From: a virus
Lineage: Duplodnaviria; Caudoviricetes
Virus record (IMG/VR): IMGVR_UViG_3300025392_000232
Location: 1-64,000 of that record
Reading direction: 5' to 3' (one strand)
Length of the DNA: 64,000 bases
The notes under the pieces were generated by a model, which did not search any database, was not told the origin of the DNA, and saw only the letters and a list, made by a program, of their open reading frames with translations. Within the stretch, counting starts at the first letter, position 1. Each line of letters starts with the position of its first letter. The translations under genes were made by a program, and so were the position numbers. Shown here piece after piece: positions 36,914 to 49,300 of the stretch.

Positions 36914-39900
36914 ACTGTTATCCTATCGTTTTTGAATACTAGGTATTTATCGCCTAGATATCCGGTTACACTGTCTATTATGAATCTATCTACTGTATAG
37001 TCTAGGGCTTTAAAATCAAACCCACTAAATTTAATATTCAGTAAAATAGTATCGGCTGTTCCTGGTTTACAAAAGCACAGCGGTACACTTAATATATACC
37101 CTAATTGTTCTTTATTTCCTTTTGGAATACTACGCATCCAAAGGGGTAGATAATTGCGTTCTGTTATTCCTACAGCGTTTAATCTATCTTGCCAATTAGA
37201 TATACTATTGGGAAAATATGTATCCGGATTAGGATTACTAGCTTCGTAGCCAGTACTATCTACAGTGATTTGAGGTAAATCTCTATGGCTATCTGGAGCA
37301 TCAATAGTTAAGTTAGCAGAATCTACTGTCCAATAATTTACACTATTGTCTACAGTAATTGTATCAGATTCTGTTCCTGGAGTGTATACAATTTTTTGTG
37401 GGCGGCGTTTGCCGTTAGATTCGGTAGGATCTATCATTTGAATGTATATAACTTCATAAACAGTGGCGCCGCTAATTGGATCTACAGCTAATGCTTTCTT
37501 TATACTGCCAAACTGGAAACGTTTCTTTTTATGATTTAGTCCCATTGCTCCTATATAGGCTGCCGCTGACTGTGTTTGGATTCCTGCATAGACTAACATT
37601 TTTAAATCAGATTGTAATCCAAAGTTTGGATCATTAGTTCTATAGATACTGGTACTTGGAAAGATGCTACTATTATTAATAAATGATTTCCACAGATCTC
37701 TTTGATCCGATTTTAAATATGGACGAGTTATTATATTACTGTATGCTACCGCATTTGGTGTATTAACAGTAATACTAAATTCTTGGGTAAGCGCACTGTA
37801 ATTGTATTGATCTCTTGCTAGTACTGTAAATTTAAACACACGATCTATGCTAGTTGTGTTTACATCAAAAGTTACTCTTCCGCCGTCGAATGTTGTTAAC
37901 CCTGGATTGCCAGTGGCAGGATCAAAGTACTGGCGAGTAGTACCAATAATTTCTCCGTCTAGATTTAAAGTCAATCCGGGTGGCAATCTTCCTGACTGCA
38001 ATTGATATAACATTACTGCATCTGGCACAGTAGTCGTTGCACTAATAGATAACGTACTAATATAGTTTGCAGGAATAGTTCCTAAATTGCCAGGAGTATT
38101 CCAGGAGATAACACTATCGACATCTCCTACAACAGACATAGTAAATGTTCTACTAGAGTTTAGATACTCTTTAACATTGTCGCCTAATCTTGTAGCAGTG
38201 ATTGTAAAGGTATAGTTGGTTGTAACTGCTGGCTGGTAAGGTAACTGCCCATATACATCTCCAGTTCCAGCATCAAAACTCAATCCTTCTGGCAATTGAC
38301 TTAACGACCCAATATAGAATGGAATACCATTAGGTATTGGCAGTTGCAATACTTTGTTTAATGTTAGTCTGTATCTACTATTAACTAGTGTTTCTACGCC
38401 AACAATTTCATATATTAATTCAGTAGCGCCGTCTACGTAGTTGTCAAAGGTAAAGTATTGACCAACAGCCAATGTACCTTTTACATTGCCAACTGTAACT
38501 TGATTACCACCGCATAACAATGTAGTTGCATAACTTGTTCCTAATGCACCTTTAGAAAGTGTGATTGTCGATATTGTTTTAGCAACAATAGTAGTGCCTG
38601 ATGCAATATTTGTACCACTTACTAGTTGTCCAACAACTAAAGAGTTTGCATTTGAAACATTAGATACTGTTGTACTATTAGCAACGAGATCTCCGCTAAA
38701 AGCTAACCCTGTAAAGTTATCAGTATTGTTAACTTGATATGTTACAGCATATACTTCTTCATTAGTTGTTTCTAATCTAAATAGTACATCCAGTGTGTCA
38801 TATAGTGCAACTGGAATAGTTAGATAATTATTAGCTCTAAATGTTCCTAAATGACTGTTTGTAATCCATACAGGAGCTCGTAAATAAGTAGCATCGCTAC
38901 TAAATCCATCTGCCACTCCATTAAAGCTAGTGTTGTCAGCACGGAATTGATCAGTACCTACTACAAATATTTTAAATATTCTTTGTGCATAGTTTACACC
39001 ATCAGTCAATGTAACTCTAAACTGATAGTTTACATTGAGTGTAGTCGGCGGTGCCTGTGTACGGTTAAAGTCAAAGAATACATCATCGTACTGATAGCTG
39101 TCGTAACCGTCAGTAGGAGTCTTACCAAAGTCAAATGCTACCGCATCGTAATATGCATCATCATATGTACCGTTGCCGTCTTTAGGTGTAATTTTAACAG
39201 TAGGCTGAATAAATCCGCTTAACAATCCGTCAGGACTTAATGTAATACCGGCAGGTAACGCACCATCTTCGCTAGCGATAAAATAAGTCAATTTTTGTCC
39301 GACTGCGGTGTTTAGATCAAAAGACTCGATTTGGTAGCTGACATAAGTTTGATCTAATACATATAATTGTTGTCCAGGCCCAATTGGTAAGTAGCCCTCT
39401 CCAGTAACAAAGTTTGGAAAATTTTGTCCAGAAACTGTGATAAAAAATGCTCTGTCGCTAACACTAGATCCTTGGTTAGCACGTATACAAAAATTATAAG
39501 TTGTATTATTAGATACAATATAAGGATTACCTTGAATCCTTGGCCCATGAAGATGTAATCCTGGCGGCAATTCTCCACTAATAACTTGCAATCCTAAATT
39601 AAATGTATCGGCATACAGACCAGCAGTTCTTGCGGTTACACTATTAACATTGCCTGCTAATAAATCTGCACGTTCGACAGCAACAAACGCATCGGCTTGC
39701 ATGTGAACAGTATCGGTATTACGCAAAATTATATCTGATAATGTACTAGATCTTAGCCATGCTAGATCAGTAGGAGCCCACGGTAAATTTTCAAACCATT
39801 GTTGATCACCGTCTCTCACATTTAACATTTGGTTTACAATGATTTTCTGGAAAGTAGTGCCGACCATTGCTCCTACAGCTGGATCTTCTGCTAAACCACC

Positions 39901-41304
39901 TACCCACAGGTCGATGTTGTTTACATCTGTATAGGCAGTTTGAAGTGCAGTAACTACAGAACCGTCAGATGATATTTGCGCAAACGTTGTATAAGGTGTT
40001 AGGCCTAGTACTGTACGCATTTGATTTAAACTTGGTAAACCAAGATCACGACCGCGTTGTATATTTGTAGCGGCCAAATCCATTGCGGCAGGCGGATCAT
40101 TCAACAAGTTTCGTAAATCATCGATAATATGTATGTCTAACTTGTTTGATGTATCGCTAGCTAGTTTACGTAAGAAACCATCAGCACCGCCATTACGTTC
40201 AAACTGTGCAGGTGTTAAGAAAAATGCCTGTGCAAGTGTTAAAGACTCGGTTATATTTCCTGCCTCGTCAACTCTGTCTTGTGCATCGGATACAATACTA
40301 TGACCAAAACGCATAGCGGCAGCGGCAAATTCTACAGTTATAGTTCCATCGACGCCAGGTTTAAATCCTGTGTATGCTGGAATATTATCTGCACCAACAA
40401 CCTTTGGTAACCATTCTTTAAAAGTTATATTTTGAACTTCTGCAATGACAATACTACGAGCACGTTGATATAATTGCTCACCAGTCCAGTCTGGATGTAA
40501 TGTTTTTAACTTGGCTACATGCCAGTTATGTTCTCTAATGAATAATGTTTGTACCGATGTTAAGTCTGGATTTTCAGCACCACGCGGATCGCCAAAAATG
40601 AATTGTCCTGTTACCGGATCGATAGGACCATACTGCCCGTTGCTAGTAGTTAATAATTTACCTGTAGTGGCAATCTGTCCACCTTCGCGCAAGTTAACTG
40701 GATTTTGAAAAGGTGTTGGCCCTTGTGGAACTCCCGGTGGATATGCAACTCCATACACCACACTAGCATCGATCCATCCGGTAACATCGTTCATAGGTAA
40801 TGCAGGATGTTGTGCATCGGTTCCAGTATTCGGTGCAACTGCACTTCTTGTAACCGGTATGTGACTACCGGGAGTTAGTTCAGTATCGCCTGCCGGAACT
40901 ATAACATCAATATTACCTGTGCCAGATCTTGCAAACTCTAAGTCATGTGTTAAGAATTGGCCAAACGCATACATGAATCCACTGTAGCCGTTCGGGTCTG
41001 CTTGATTGCCATGAAAAACTGGATCTTTAACAACCAAGTTACTCACTGTTCTTGCATTAGGTAAATCAGAACGCATCTGATGTATACCATCAACATAGCT
41101 GTTTACACTTGCTCGAGCAAATGGAGCACCTGCACTATTTCTTAAAGGTGCGGTAGGATGATGACCAGATCCGTCAAAACTTGGAGGAGGTACGCCGTTA
41201 AACGCCGCCGCACTTGCTAGCGGTAAAGGTATGTCTACTGGTAGTTCCTGGGGAAATGTTCCAAGTGAAATACCAGATTGCTGTGTCCAGACATTTAACG
41301 CCAT
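36910..41304 (-). CDS. Baseplate-like Ig-repeat structural protein carrying an animal-type heme peroxidase domain
   Basis: Peroxidase motifs FGQFLTHD, TGWIDAS..YG, GDPRGAEN, REHN, RFGHS, NIQRGRD.GL, IDLWVGGLAE, RDGD; then repeated G.LP.GL Ig-like units. Confidence 0.85.
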   Translation of the reverse strand: MALNVWTQQSGISLGTFPQELPVDIPLPLASAAAFNGVPPPSFDGSGHHPTAPLRNSAGAPFARASVNSYVDGIHQMRSDLPNARTVSNLVVKDPVFHGNQADPNGYSGFMYAFGQFLTHDLEFARSGTGNIDVIVPAGDTELTPGSHIPVTRSAVAPNTGTDAQHPALPMNDVTGWIDASVVYGVAYPPGVPQGPTPFQNPVNLREGGQIATTGKLLTTSNGQYGPIDPVTGQFIFGDPRGAENPDLTSVQTLFIREHNWHVAKLKTLHPDWTGEQLYQRARSIVIAEVQNITFKEWLPKVVGADNIPAYTGFKPGVDGTITVEFAAAAMRFGHSIVSDAQDRVDEAGNITESLTLAQAFFLTPAQFERNGGADGFLRKLASDTSNKLDIHIIDDLRNLLNDPPAAMDLAATNIQRGRDLGLPSLNQMRTVLGLTPYTTFAQISSDGSVVTALQTAYTDVNNIDLWVGGLAEDPAVGAMVGTTFQKIIVNQMLNVRDGDQQWFENLPWAPTDLAWLRSSTLSDIILRNTDTVHMQADAFVAVERADLLAGNVNSVTARTAGLYADTFNLGLQVISGELPPGLHLHGPRIQGNPYIVSNNTTYNFCIRANQGSSVSDRAFFITVSGQNFPNFVTGEGYLPIGPGQQLYVLDQTYVSYQIESFDLNTAVGQKLTYFIASEDGALPAGITLSPDGLLSGFIQPTVKITPKDGNGTYDDAYYDAVAFDFGKTPTDGYDSYQYDDVFFDFNRTQAPPTTLNVNYQFRVTLTDGVNYAQRIFKIFVVGTDQFRADNTSFNGVADGFSSDATYLRAPVWITNSHLGTFRANNYLTIPVALYDTLDVLFRLETTNEEVYAVTYQVNNTDNFTGLAFSGDLVANSTTVSNVSNANSLVVGQLVSGTNIASGTTIVAKTISTITLSKGALGTSYATTLLCGGNQVTVGNVKGTLAVGQYFTFDNYVDGATELIYEIVGVETLVNSRYRLTLNKVLQLPIPNGIPFYIGSLSQLPEGLSFDAGTGDVYGQLPYQPAVTTNYTFTITATRLGDNVKEYLNSSRTFTMSVVGDVDSVISWNTPGNLGTIPANYISTLSISATTTVPDAVMLYQLQSGRLPPGLTLNLDGEIIGTTRQYFDPATGNPGLTTFDGGRVTFDVNTTSIDRVFKFTVLARDQYNYSALTQEFSITVNTPNAVAYSNIITRPYLKSDQRDLWKSFINNSSIFPSTSIYRTNDPNFGLQSDLKMLVYAGIQTQSAAAYIGAMGLNHKKKRFQFGSIKKALAVDPISGATVYEVIYIQMIDPTESNGKRRPQKIVYTPGTESDTITVDNSVNYWTVDSANLTIDAPDSHRDLPQITVDSTGYEASNPNPDTYFPNSISNWQDRLNAVGITERNYLPLWMRSIPKGNKEQLGYILSVPLCFCKPGTADTILLNIKFSGFDFKALDYTVDRFIIDSVTGYLGDKYLVFKNDRITV

Positions 41305-41326
41305 TGCTCATGTCCTAAAAAGTTAA

Positions 41327-42856
41327 TTACTGTAATCTGTACCATGTAGTGCCAGTAGCTCTATATACATAGGTAAATGTTGTTGGTGCAGTTACGCTTC
41401 CGGCAAATGTTCCTGATAATGTTGGGCCAGCAGTTAATGCCAATGTTACTGTGTTTGTATGTACAGCAAATTGACAAATTTGCCCATCAACTGGTGCCGA
41501 CGGGAATGTCAATGTTGCAGTTAATGATCCAGCAGTTACTAACAATATATTAGTACTACTAGTTGTACTTAATACATACGTTGTTGATGAACTTACAGTT
41601 ATATAATTTGGAACACTAATTTTTAAACCAGAATGTGTCAAACTTCCGCTAACCGACATACTACCATTGTGTGTTAATAATTGTGTATGATCGATAGTAG
41701 TAGCTAATGTAGATACACCTGAACTATTGGTTGTAGAAAATTTAATTTGTCCCGGAACAAATGTAGCACCTGGAGCGGTACTTGTAACAATTTGAATAAT
41801 TGCCGCAGTTGCCGCAGTAGATCCGTTATAATATCCGCGACCCACAAGACTCATTAATACATCTTGAGATTGTACAGCAGAAGGTGTTGCATAAGTTCCT
41901 CTTGCCTTATTAAAACTTATAGTTGGGCCGCTGGCATCTGAATAAAAATTGTCAAAACGCCCAACCGGTGCACCTGTACTAAGAGCAGTTTGTCTAACAA
42001 TTAAACGTCCCGAACCACCCTCTGTTGTAGTACTTGGCCCAAAAAATATCTGTCCGTCATTACCAAAACGAGCCACTGGTTGGTCGTTACCTGCCGCATC
42101 GCCTATGAAAAACATCAAATTACCTGGCACAATACCAGCTGTAGGAGTTCCTACTACTAGTGTATTAATATATGCAGAATTTTGGAAAGCAGAACCATCG
42201 TAACCTTGCCAAGTAAGACTATGAATAACATCACCAGTAGCTAGTGCTGTTGGAGTTATGTTAGTGCCTCTGCCTTTTCTGAACAATATACTATTTGCAC
42301 CGCTAGCAACGTTGTTATAACTATCTAATATAACTACACCACGACCAGAGTTGTTAGCAGTGACCTGTATGGTACCGTTGATATTTTGTAATAAGTTTGT
42401 AGTTTCATTCCAAGTAATATTTGCACTTGCACTTAAGGCAGTTCCGTTCGCCGCATAATAGGCCAAACTGTTTGTTGTACCTGAATTGATTACCGAGCTA
42501 CTAACTGGAACAGATGCTGTAATTCTATTATTAGCATCATCATATGTAAATGTAATATTAGTATTATAAGCGTTACCCGCAACAAATGCCGCTGCCACTG
42601 CATCCTGAGCACGTTCTGTTGTAAAGTACAAGTTAGTTGGACTACCACTTGCTTCTGCAATGTTATCAGCAGTAAGTACAACCGCACCAGTTTGTGTGTT
42701 TACTGAGCTAACAAGGCTAACAGGATTACCACCAGCAGTGGTACCGTCACCTATATAAACTTTTTTAGTATCGGTAGTATAAATTATTTCGCCAACACCC
42801 GGTGTTATTGCTGTTCTAGCTGTACCGTCTAAACCTCTTCTTAATTGTAATGCCAT
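41327..42856 (-). CDS. Tail fibre / spike protein
   Basis: N-terminal LQLRRG...GEIIYTTDTKKVYIGDG; two RGT...P.A....D repeats. Confidence 0.75.
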   Translation of the reverse strand: MALQLRRGLDGTARTAITPGVGEIIYTTDTKKVYIGDGTTAGGNPVSLVSSVNTQTGAVVLTADNIAEASGSPTNLYFTTERAQDAVAAAFVAGNAYNTNITFTYDDANNRITASVPVSSSVINSGTTNSLAYYAANGTALSASANITWNETTNLLQNINGTIQVTANNSGRGVVILDSYNNVASGANSILFRKGRGTNITPTALATGDVIHSLTWQGYDGSAFQNSAYINTLVVGTPTAGIVPGNLMFFIGDAAGNDQPVARFGNDGQIFFGPSTTTEGGSGRLIVRQTALSTGAPVGRFDNFYSDASGPTISFNKARGTYATPSAVQSQDVLMSLVGRGYYNGSTAATAAIIQIVTSTAPGATFVPGQIKFSTTNSSGVSTLATTIDHTQLLTHNGSMSVSGSLTHSGLKISVPNYITVSSSTTYVLSTTSSTNILLVTAGSLTATLTFPSAPVDGQICQFAVHTNTVTLALTAGPTLSGTFAGSVTAPTTFTYVYRATGTTWYRLQ

Positions 42857-42871
42857 TATATTTCTCCTACC

Positions 42872-43342
42872 TTAAAAGGTACCTAAGTCGAATCCGTTTG
42901 CGGCAGGATTTGAAAATGTTCCCTGGTCGCCAAATGTTGTAGCCAGTAACGTGTTTAACTGGTTTTGTAATGCTCGCATATCTATGCCCCATACTGTAGC
43001 TTGTACATCTCCAGTACCAGTTATATTATGACTGTTTAAATTTAAATTGCTACCCAGTGTTGCATTAGTATCTGACGATAATGTATATCCAGCAATATTA
43101 ACCGATGTTGCCGTTGAAGTAACAGTTATACCATTACTACCGGTAATTGATTTAAATTGCAATATACCTGCTGTATCTGCTACAAAAACACCCTGCCCAC
43201 TACCTAAGTTAGTACCATTTATGTTGGTAATTTGACTATACAAATCTGTAAAATTTGAATTAGTTTTAGTAAATGCGGTACGGAGATCGTCCCCTGTACC
43301 GTCATTTGCATAGCTACCTAGGTTAATTGTTAGTTGAGTCAT
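42872..43342 (-). CDS. Baseplate/tail protein with T4 gp9/gp10-type N-terminus
   Basis: INLG..ANDGTGDDLRTAF.K.N.NF..LY. Confidence 0.75.
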   Translation of the reverse strand: MTQLTINLGSYANDGTGDDLRTAFTKTNSNFTDLYSQITNINGTNLGSGQGVFVADTAGILQFKSITGSNGITVTSTATSVNIAGYTLSSDTNATLGSNLNLNSHNITGTGDVQATVWGIDMRALQNQLNTLLATTFGDQGTFSNPAANGFDLGTF

Positions 43343-43378
43343 TTTATCGTGTTCCTATTAGTATTTACCAACTTTTCG

Positions 43379-46300
43379 TTACGCTCTTCCAACAGCTACT
43401 TGAATTATGCCAGCTTCGCCGTAGTCCTTGTCTTCTAGGGCTTTTCCAACAATACTGCCCAATGTTGGAGTTAATGCTTTAACAGCATAGCCAGGAGTGG
43501 CACTAGTTGTCAACATATCGCCTTTCTTAACACGACCGACAACCTTACAACTTACTCGTCCTGCAAGTGCAATCAAGTTCTTCTCGCCTGGACATGCATC
43601 ATACATGATGTAAGCCGCATTGTCAGAAACAATACCAGCTAGTCTTGTATCATTCATTGTGTCAGTAGTAGTAACTTCTTTATCACCGCCAAACACTAAG
43701 ACAGTACCAATTTCATAAGTCTTGTCGCCTTCATAGTATTCTGCTAAGTCAGCGGCATAGGTAGCTGTAATAGTTGCATTAGTACCCAAACTCCAAGCTC
43801 CGTTGATTGTGCCAGAACCGTAAGTTCCAGGACCGTTACCATTTAATGTAGCAGTGTTAACTGCACCACTAAAGTGTCCAGAGCCGTCGTCTGAGTTTAA
43901 GAATATACTAGCAGTACCGTTAGATGCCACATACAATCCCCACTTGCTATTAGAAACACCACCAGGATTTTTAATAGCACCGCCTGCTCCGCTATATCCA
44001 AAACCAACACCGTACATAGTACCTAGGTCAGTGCTACCTGGAGCATAAGTTCCACCAATGCTATAAATTACACCTGAAGTACTTGTAGTTTCTACACTAG
44101 GATAGTTACCGTCTAAGTAACCTAGGCCTGCGGCAGTGCGGCGTATCTTACCGTTATGCGACCAGTTACCAGTTATAGTACCAGCGGTAGTTGCACTACC
44201 CGATGTAATGTTAGTAGTTTGTAGTGTACCGTTGTTGAAACTGAATACAGCATTTGCACCTAATGCCCATGAACCATATAACGAACCAACAATACTTGTA
44301 TCTGTAGTAGTAGCACCAGACTGAATACTGACACTTTGTATAGTTGCATTTAACAATCCATTAACAGTTGTAGTTGCACTACCAGCCACATCAACTGTTG
44401 ACAAGAAATTAAATGCACCTGGTGTATAGAAGTTTAATGTACTACCAGTAGAATCAATGGTCTTACTACCATTAACTTTTAATTGCGTTGTAGTAATTTC
44501 ACCGTTGGTACCAGTTTTAACAATCTTACTTCCAGAGCCAGTTGTTGTAATTCCTAATAATCCATAAGTGTTGTTGCTAGTATTACTATTGTCGTATTTT
44601 GCTAACATGACACTAGCCGCCGCATCGGTAGTTACGCTATTGGCAGCTCCAAACAAAACGTTCTTTATACCGTCACCATCTGTAACTACGTTAGCTGGAG
44701 TAATTAACGATGGCACTGCTGGAACACCGCTACGGTTACCTAACAAGTAACCAGTGGCCATTTGACGTAGTTTACTTAATGCAATACCGGTAGTTGAGCT
44801 AGTAGAGTCTAATAAATCTACCCAACCTGTTCCACTTACGTTAAACACATTATTGTTGAATACACTTAGACCCAAGTCTGCCTGTACAATAGCACCTGCT
44901 AGACCTGAACCGCTGGTGTTAGTTGCTAATCCTTTAGCAACGTTCATTGCTAACTTGCTTTGAACAATAGCCGCACTGGCATTAACCATGCTGTCAACAA
45001 TCACACTTCCTTGAATTGTAGTTACTAGTGTACCTGGAGTACCGTGTGTAAATGTGAATCCAATATGTGATCCAGCTGGACTACCTGTAGGAGCACTAGA
45101 TGCAGGAGGAGCAATATTGGTCCACTGACTTAGTGTGCTATCGTATAATAAGAAGTTTCCGTTAGCGTAGCTTGTGAATACAAGTGTGCCGCTAGCACCA
45201 GTTAAGTTTCCACTGAGTGTAACTGTACCACTTGCACCTGCTGGGAATAATCCTGATGTAAGACTAACTGACAACACAGTTTGTCCGCCAGTATACCCAG
45301 ACCCTGATTGTAGAACCATACCAGGAACAATAGTTCCATATACACTACTCAAACTCAATGTATATACAGTAGGTAATCCGCCACTTGCGGCAAATCCTAC
45401 GTATGTTCCAGTAGCTTTAACAGCAACATCGCCTAATTTGTAAAGATTGTTTAGTCCTGTTGAACTCGCATCTACATAGCCTCTATTTACAGCATCGTAT
45501 TGTGTAATACTACTGTTAGGCATGAACAAGTTACCAATAGTGTAACCTGCCATGTTCAAGTTACCCTTCATGGCTAATGCACCGTTTAATGCTAGGTAAC
45601 CTGGCCCAATTAAGTTAGTATTAGCAACTGGAGTACCACCATAGTCTAGACCCAATCTGTAATCAACAAAGCTACGAATAGCACTTTGGGTTGGCACAGT
45701 ATCTGGTGCGTTCTGTGTCATATTTGCATCTGTTGAGAATTCAGATACAACCACACCGCGTTTGAATCCTAGACCGTCTAAGTTACTTAACGCAATACTA
45801 GCGGAGAATGTAACTGTACCTGTACCTTGGTCAACTTTAAAGAAACGTCCTACACGGAAAATACCGTTTTGGTCTGTTGATACGTGGAATACACGACCTA
45901 CTGTTTCTTCTACAACGTCATTACTATCATTACTTGCAATAGCCGCATTACCATAAATTTGGTTTGGATAGTTTGTAGTAATGAAACCACCAGTACCAAT
46001 ATCTAAAAAGTCATGTCCTGTAGCACGACAAGTACTAATACGAATAGTAATTTGTCCAGTTTGTGTCGCTGGATAACCCATACGCAATGTTGTACTTTGA
46101 CTTGCATTAAATGGACGACTAATACCTAAACTACTACTTGATGCACTAGTTACTTCTTTTGCAACTACAGTGGTAGCCGCCGCACCTGCTGTACCTGGAC
46201 TAAACGGATAGATTAAAGTAAGTGTTGTACTTGATGCAGTCGAATTAGCAGTTAACCAGTAACCGTTATACAATGAGTTTGTATTACCAGTTACACGATA

Positions 46301-49300
46301 ATATGTTCCAGCAGTAATACTTGTGCTAGGAATTGTAAACGATACGTTGTAGTAATTGGTATAAGTTGTACCATTGATAGTTTGTGTTGCTGTCAATGTT
46401 GGAGTACCAATGGCACTTGGAGTAATATCCTGATTAATACCACCATAACTTGGTGAGTAGAACGTTGTAGTTGCACTACTACTTGAAGTAATAGTTGTTA
46501 ACGCACTACCGCCTTTAGTATTAGCAATAGTAATGTTATTACCAGATAAACTAACAATATAGAACGTTGGGTTAGCAGTACCAACACCTGAACCTATACC
46601 AGTTGCTTTAAAAGTTGTACCTATGTTGTTATTAGCCGCACCAATTGCAGTAAAATCTGTATAGTTTGTAGTACTACCGGATGCATTAATACCGGCACCG
46701 CTCACGATTGTATAGGAGTTACCAATTACAAACGATCCAGCAGTCACAGCCGCAGTTGGAATCCCACCAAACGCTGTTCCACCAAATATAATCTTATTAC
46801 CAATACTTACATTAGTTACTGAACTCAATGTAATAGTACTTGGACTTGTAGTTGTAGTAGCATTACCACTTGTACCTGGGTCTGTTGGATACAACAAACT
46901 CATATTGATTGTGTTTGTACTTGCAGTAGTTGTAGTTACAACTTGTGGATTAGATGTTAATACTGCTGTCAATACACCGGTACCTGGTGTACTCCATGTC
47001 ATTTGACTTCCGCTACCATCAGTTAACACAAATACAGGAGTTAGAAGATTAGATCCACTTACTGTAATCTTATTACCAATAATACTTGCAATATAGTAGT
47101 TGGTTAATGTTTGTAAATTACCAAATGTTGTTCCGCTAAATGTAATTACGGCACCAGTTTGTAGATTAGCAGTAGAATTTAATGTGATTAAATTAGTACC
47201 GCTAGTTGTAGTCGATGCAGTTCCTGAATTACCGCTTAGTGTAATTGTCGGAATACTAGTATATCCAGATCCAGGACTTACACGAGTAACAGAACTAATA
47301 CTACCAAAGGAATCAATTGTACAAGTTGCAAGTGCATGACTTGTACTATTGTCTGCTAGGCCACCACCTGAGAACTTGATAGTCGGTGCTTTAACATATC
47401 CGCTACCTGCATTAGTAATTGTGATACTGGCTACAGTTGCTACTAGTATCGCAGTAATACTTGTGCTAGGTTGTACCCATACACCTGGACTCACTGTAAA
47501 CTGAGTACTGCTATCAACACTCTGTACAATAGTTGAACCACTAGGTGTTGTAGCGGCACCTTCGACGAATGCACCACTAGCACTAGTTGTTATAACCATA
47601 CCAACTTTAATATTAGTAGTATCTGCTACAGTAAGCTGACTTGTATTAGTTATTGCTGTAACTAGATAATTACCGTTATAGTTAGTATTGGCATTACCTG
47701 TAACACTCAGATAACTATCAACTGGAGGGTATGCATATATTGTGTTGAATGGAATCTGGTAAGTAACAACTTTACTTGTAGTACTACCAGTTGCTAGTGC
47801 ATCACTGATATAGGTCATACTGTTAATACCAGTACCATAAGCACCAATATTAGCTACTGGGTTACTATCTATTTGTAGATATCCGTTTACACTAAATCCA
47901 CCAAATGTAATCGAACCACTTGGAGTTCCAGTAGCCGGTGTATCAAGAATAACTACTGCTTGTGTATTTGTAGTTCCAGGGATAACACTAGTTGTATAAG
48001 ATACAACTTTTTGTGTTCCATTAAAACCAGTACCAGTTATAATTTGTCCTGCACTTATTGTACCTGAAAAGTTTTGTACTGTTAAAGTATATGTAGTACT
48101 TACTGCGGTGTAAGCACTATATAAACCAGTACCAACGCTAGTAGGTTGTACATAGCTGACAACACGATGTGTTCTGCCATTCCAAGCAAACAAGTAAGTA
48201 CCAGTATTCATCTGACTGATTGTTGCGGCATCGCTAATCTGTAATACTGCAATCTTGTTATCGCCTATATTACCACCTTGTGTGCTAGTTGAGAAGTATA
48301 CCGATCCTACTGCGGAAATAGCAGGAGTTCCTGACAATGTTATTACAGTATTAGCACCTGACACACTGGTACTTACAACTTTGATATTTTGGAATCCATA
48401 TCCGCCAACATATTGTCCTGTGGCAATACTACCGACAATAGATGAAGTTATCACATACAATGTTGTTCCACCACTTGTTGGAGTCAATGCTACATTAGCA
48501 GTTGCCACAGTTACAGTTGGATCAGCATTAAACATGTTGCTGGTATCAACAACAAACTTGTAGTAGACAAACGAGCTGTCAAACTGTAACAAACTTTGGT
48601 TTGCCGGTAATTGTTCACCAGTGGACTGTACCAAGTTATACGCAATAATACGATAAATGGTAGCCAAGTTGTTTGTGTACTGCAATGCGGTACTTGGACG
48701 AACTGGTTTTACGTTATCAATGTTATAGAACAAGATATTTTGTAGTACACGCATTGTAATAACTTGTCCGTCATACAATGGATAAGCCAATCCGCCAGTT
48801 GCAGTATTTTCTGTACCAGCAGTACTCAATGTTAGTTGTAATACGTTTTGTCCGTTAACTGTTACACTAGTATGTGTGACTGTACTGATCAAGTATCTAG
48901 TAATGCCACCACCAGCTAAGGTGTGGTCAATTTCCAATTCAGTTGTACCAGGTGGAATGTATTCCCAACCAATAGCATAAACACTCAACGCTGCCTGTGT
49001 AGCAGTAGGAGTCATTGTAGCTGTGAACGCACCTTGCTTATAGACACGAGCACTTTGCATCATGTTATAAGATAAGTTTACACTATCTGGTTGTTCGGTA
49101 ACGTCACTACCAGTACCACGTAGACCATATACACCGTTGGCATTAGAACCAGCTACCGAACGAATCTGGCCACCATTCAATGCCCAGTAGGCAGTATAGC
49201 AGTAGTAGGTAAATGTTGAAACTTGTTCAGTTAAACCAGCGTTGGTACACAAAATACCATAACCTAAGTCGTTGATCTGTGTATAATCGTTGGCCAACAT

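Noticed and set aside
36910-41304. Eukaryotic contamination as the source of the peroxidase
   Set aside because: The domain is in frame within a phage structural ORF, has no introns and has similar codon style; bacteria also carry this family. Read-level confirmation is still advisable.
41327-42856. Diversity-generating retroelement target, suggested by the Mtd-like N-terminus
   Set aside because: No reverse transcriptase and no template/variable repeat pair seen in the window.
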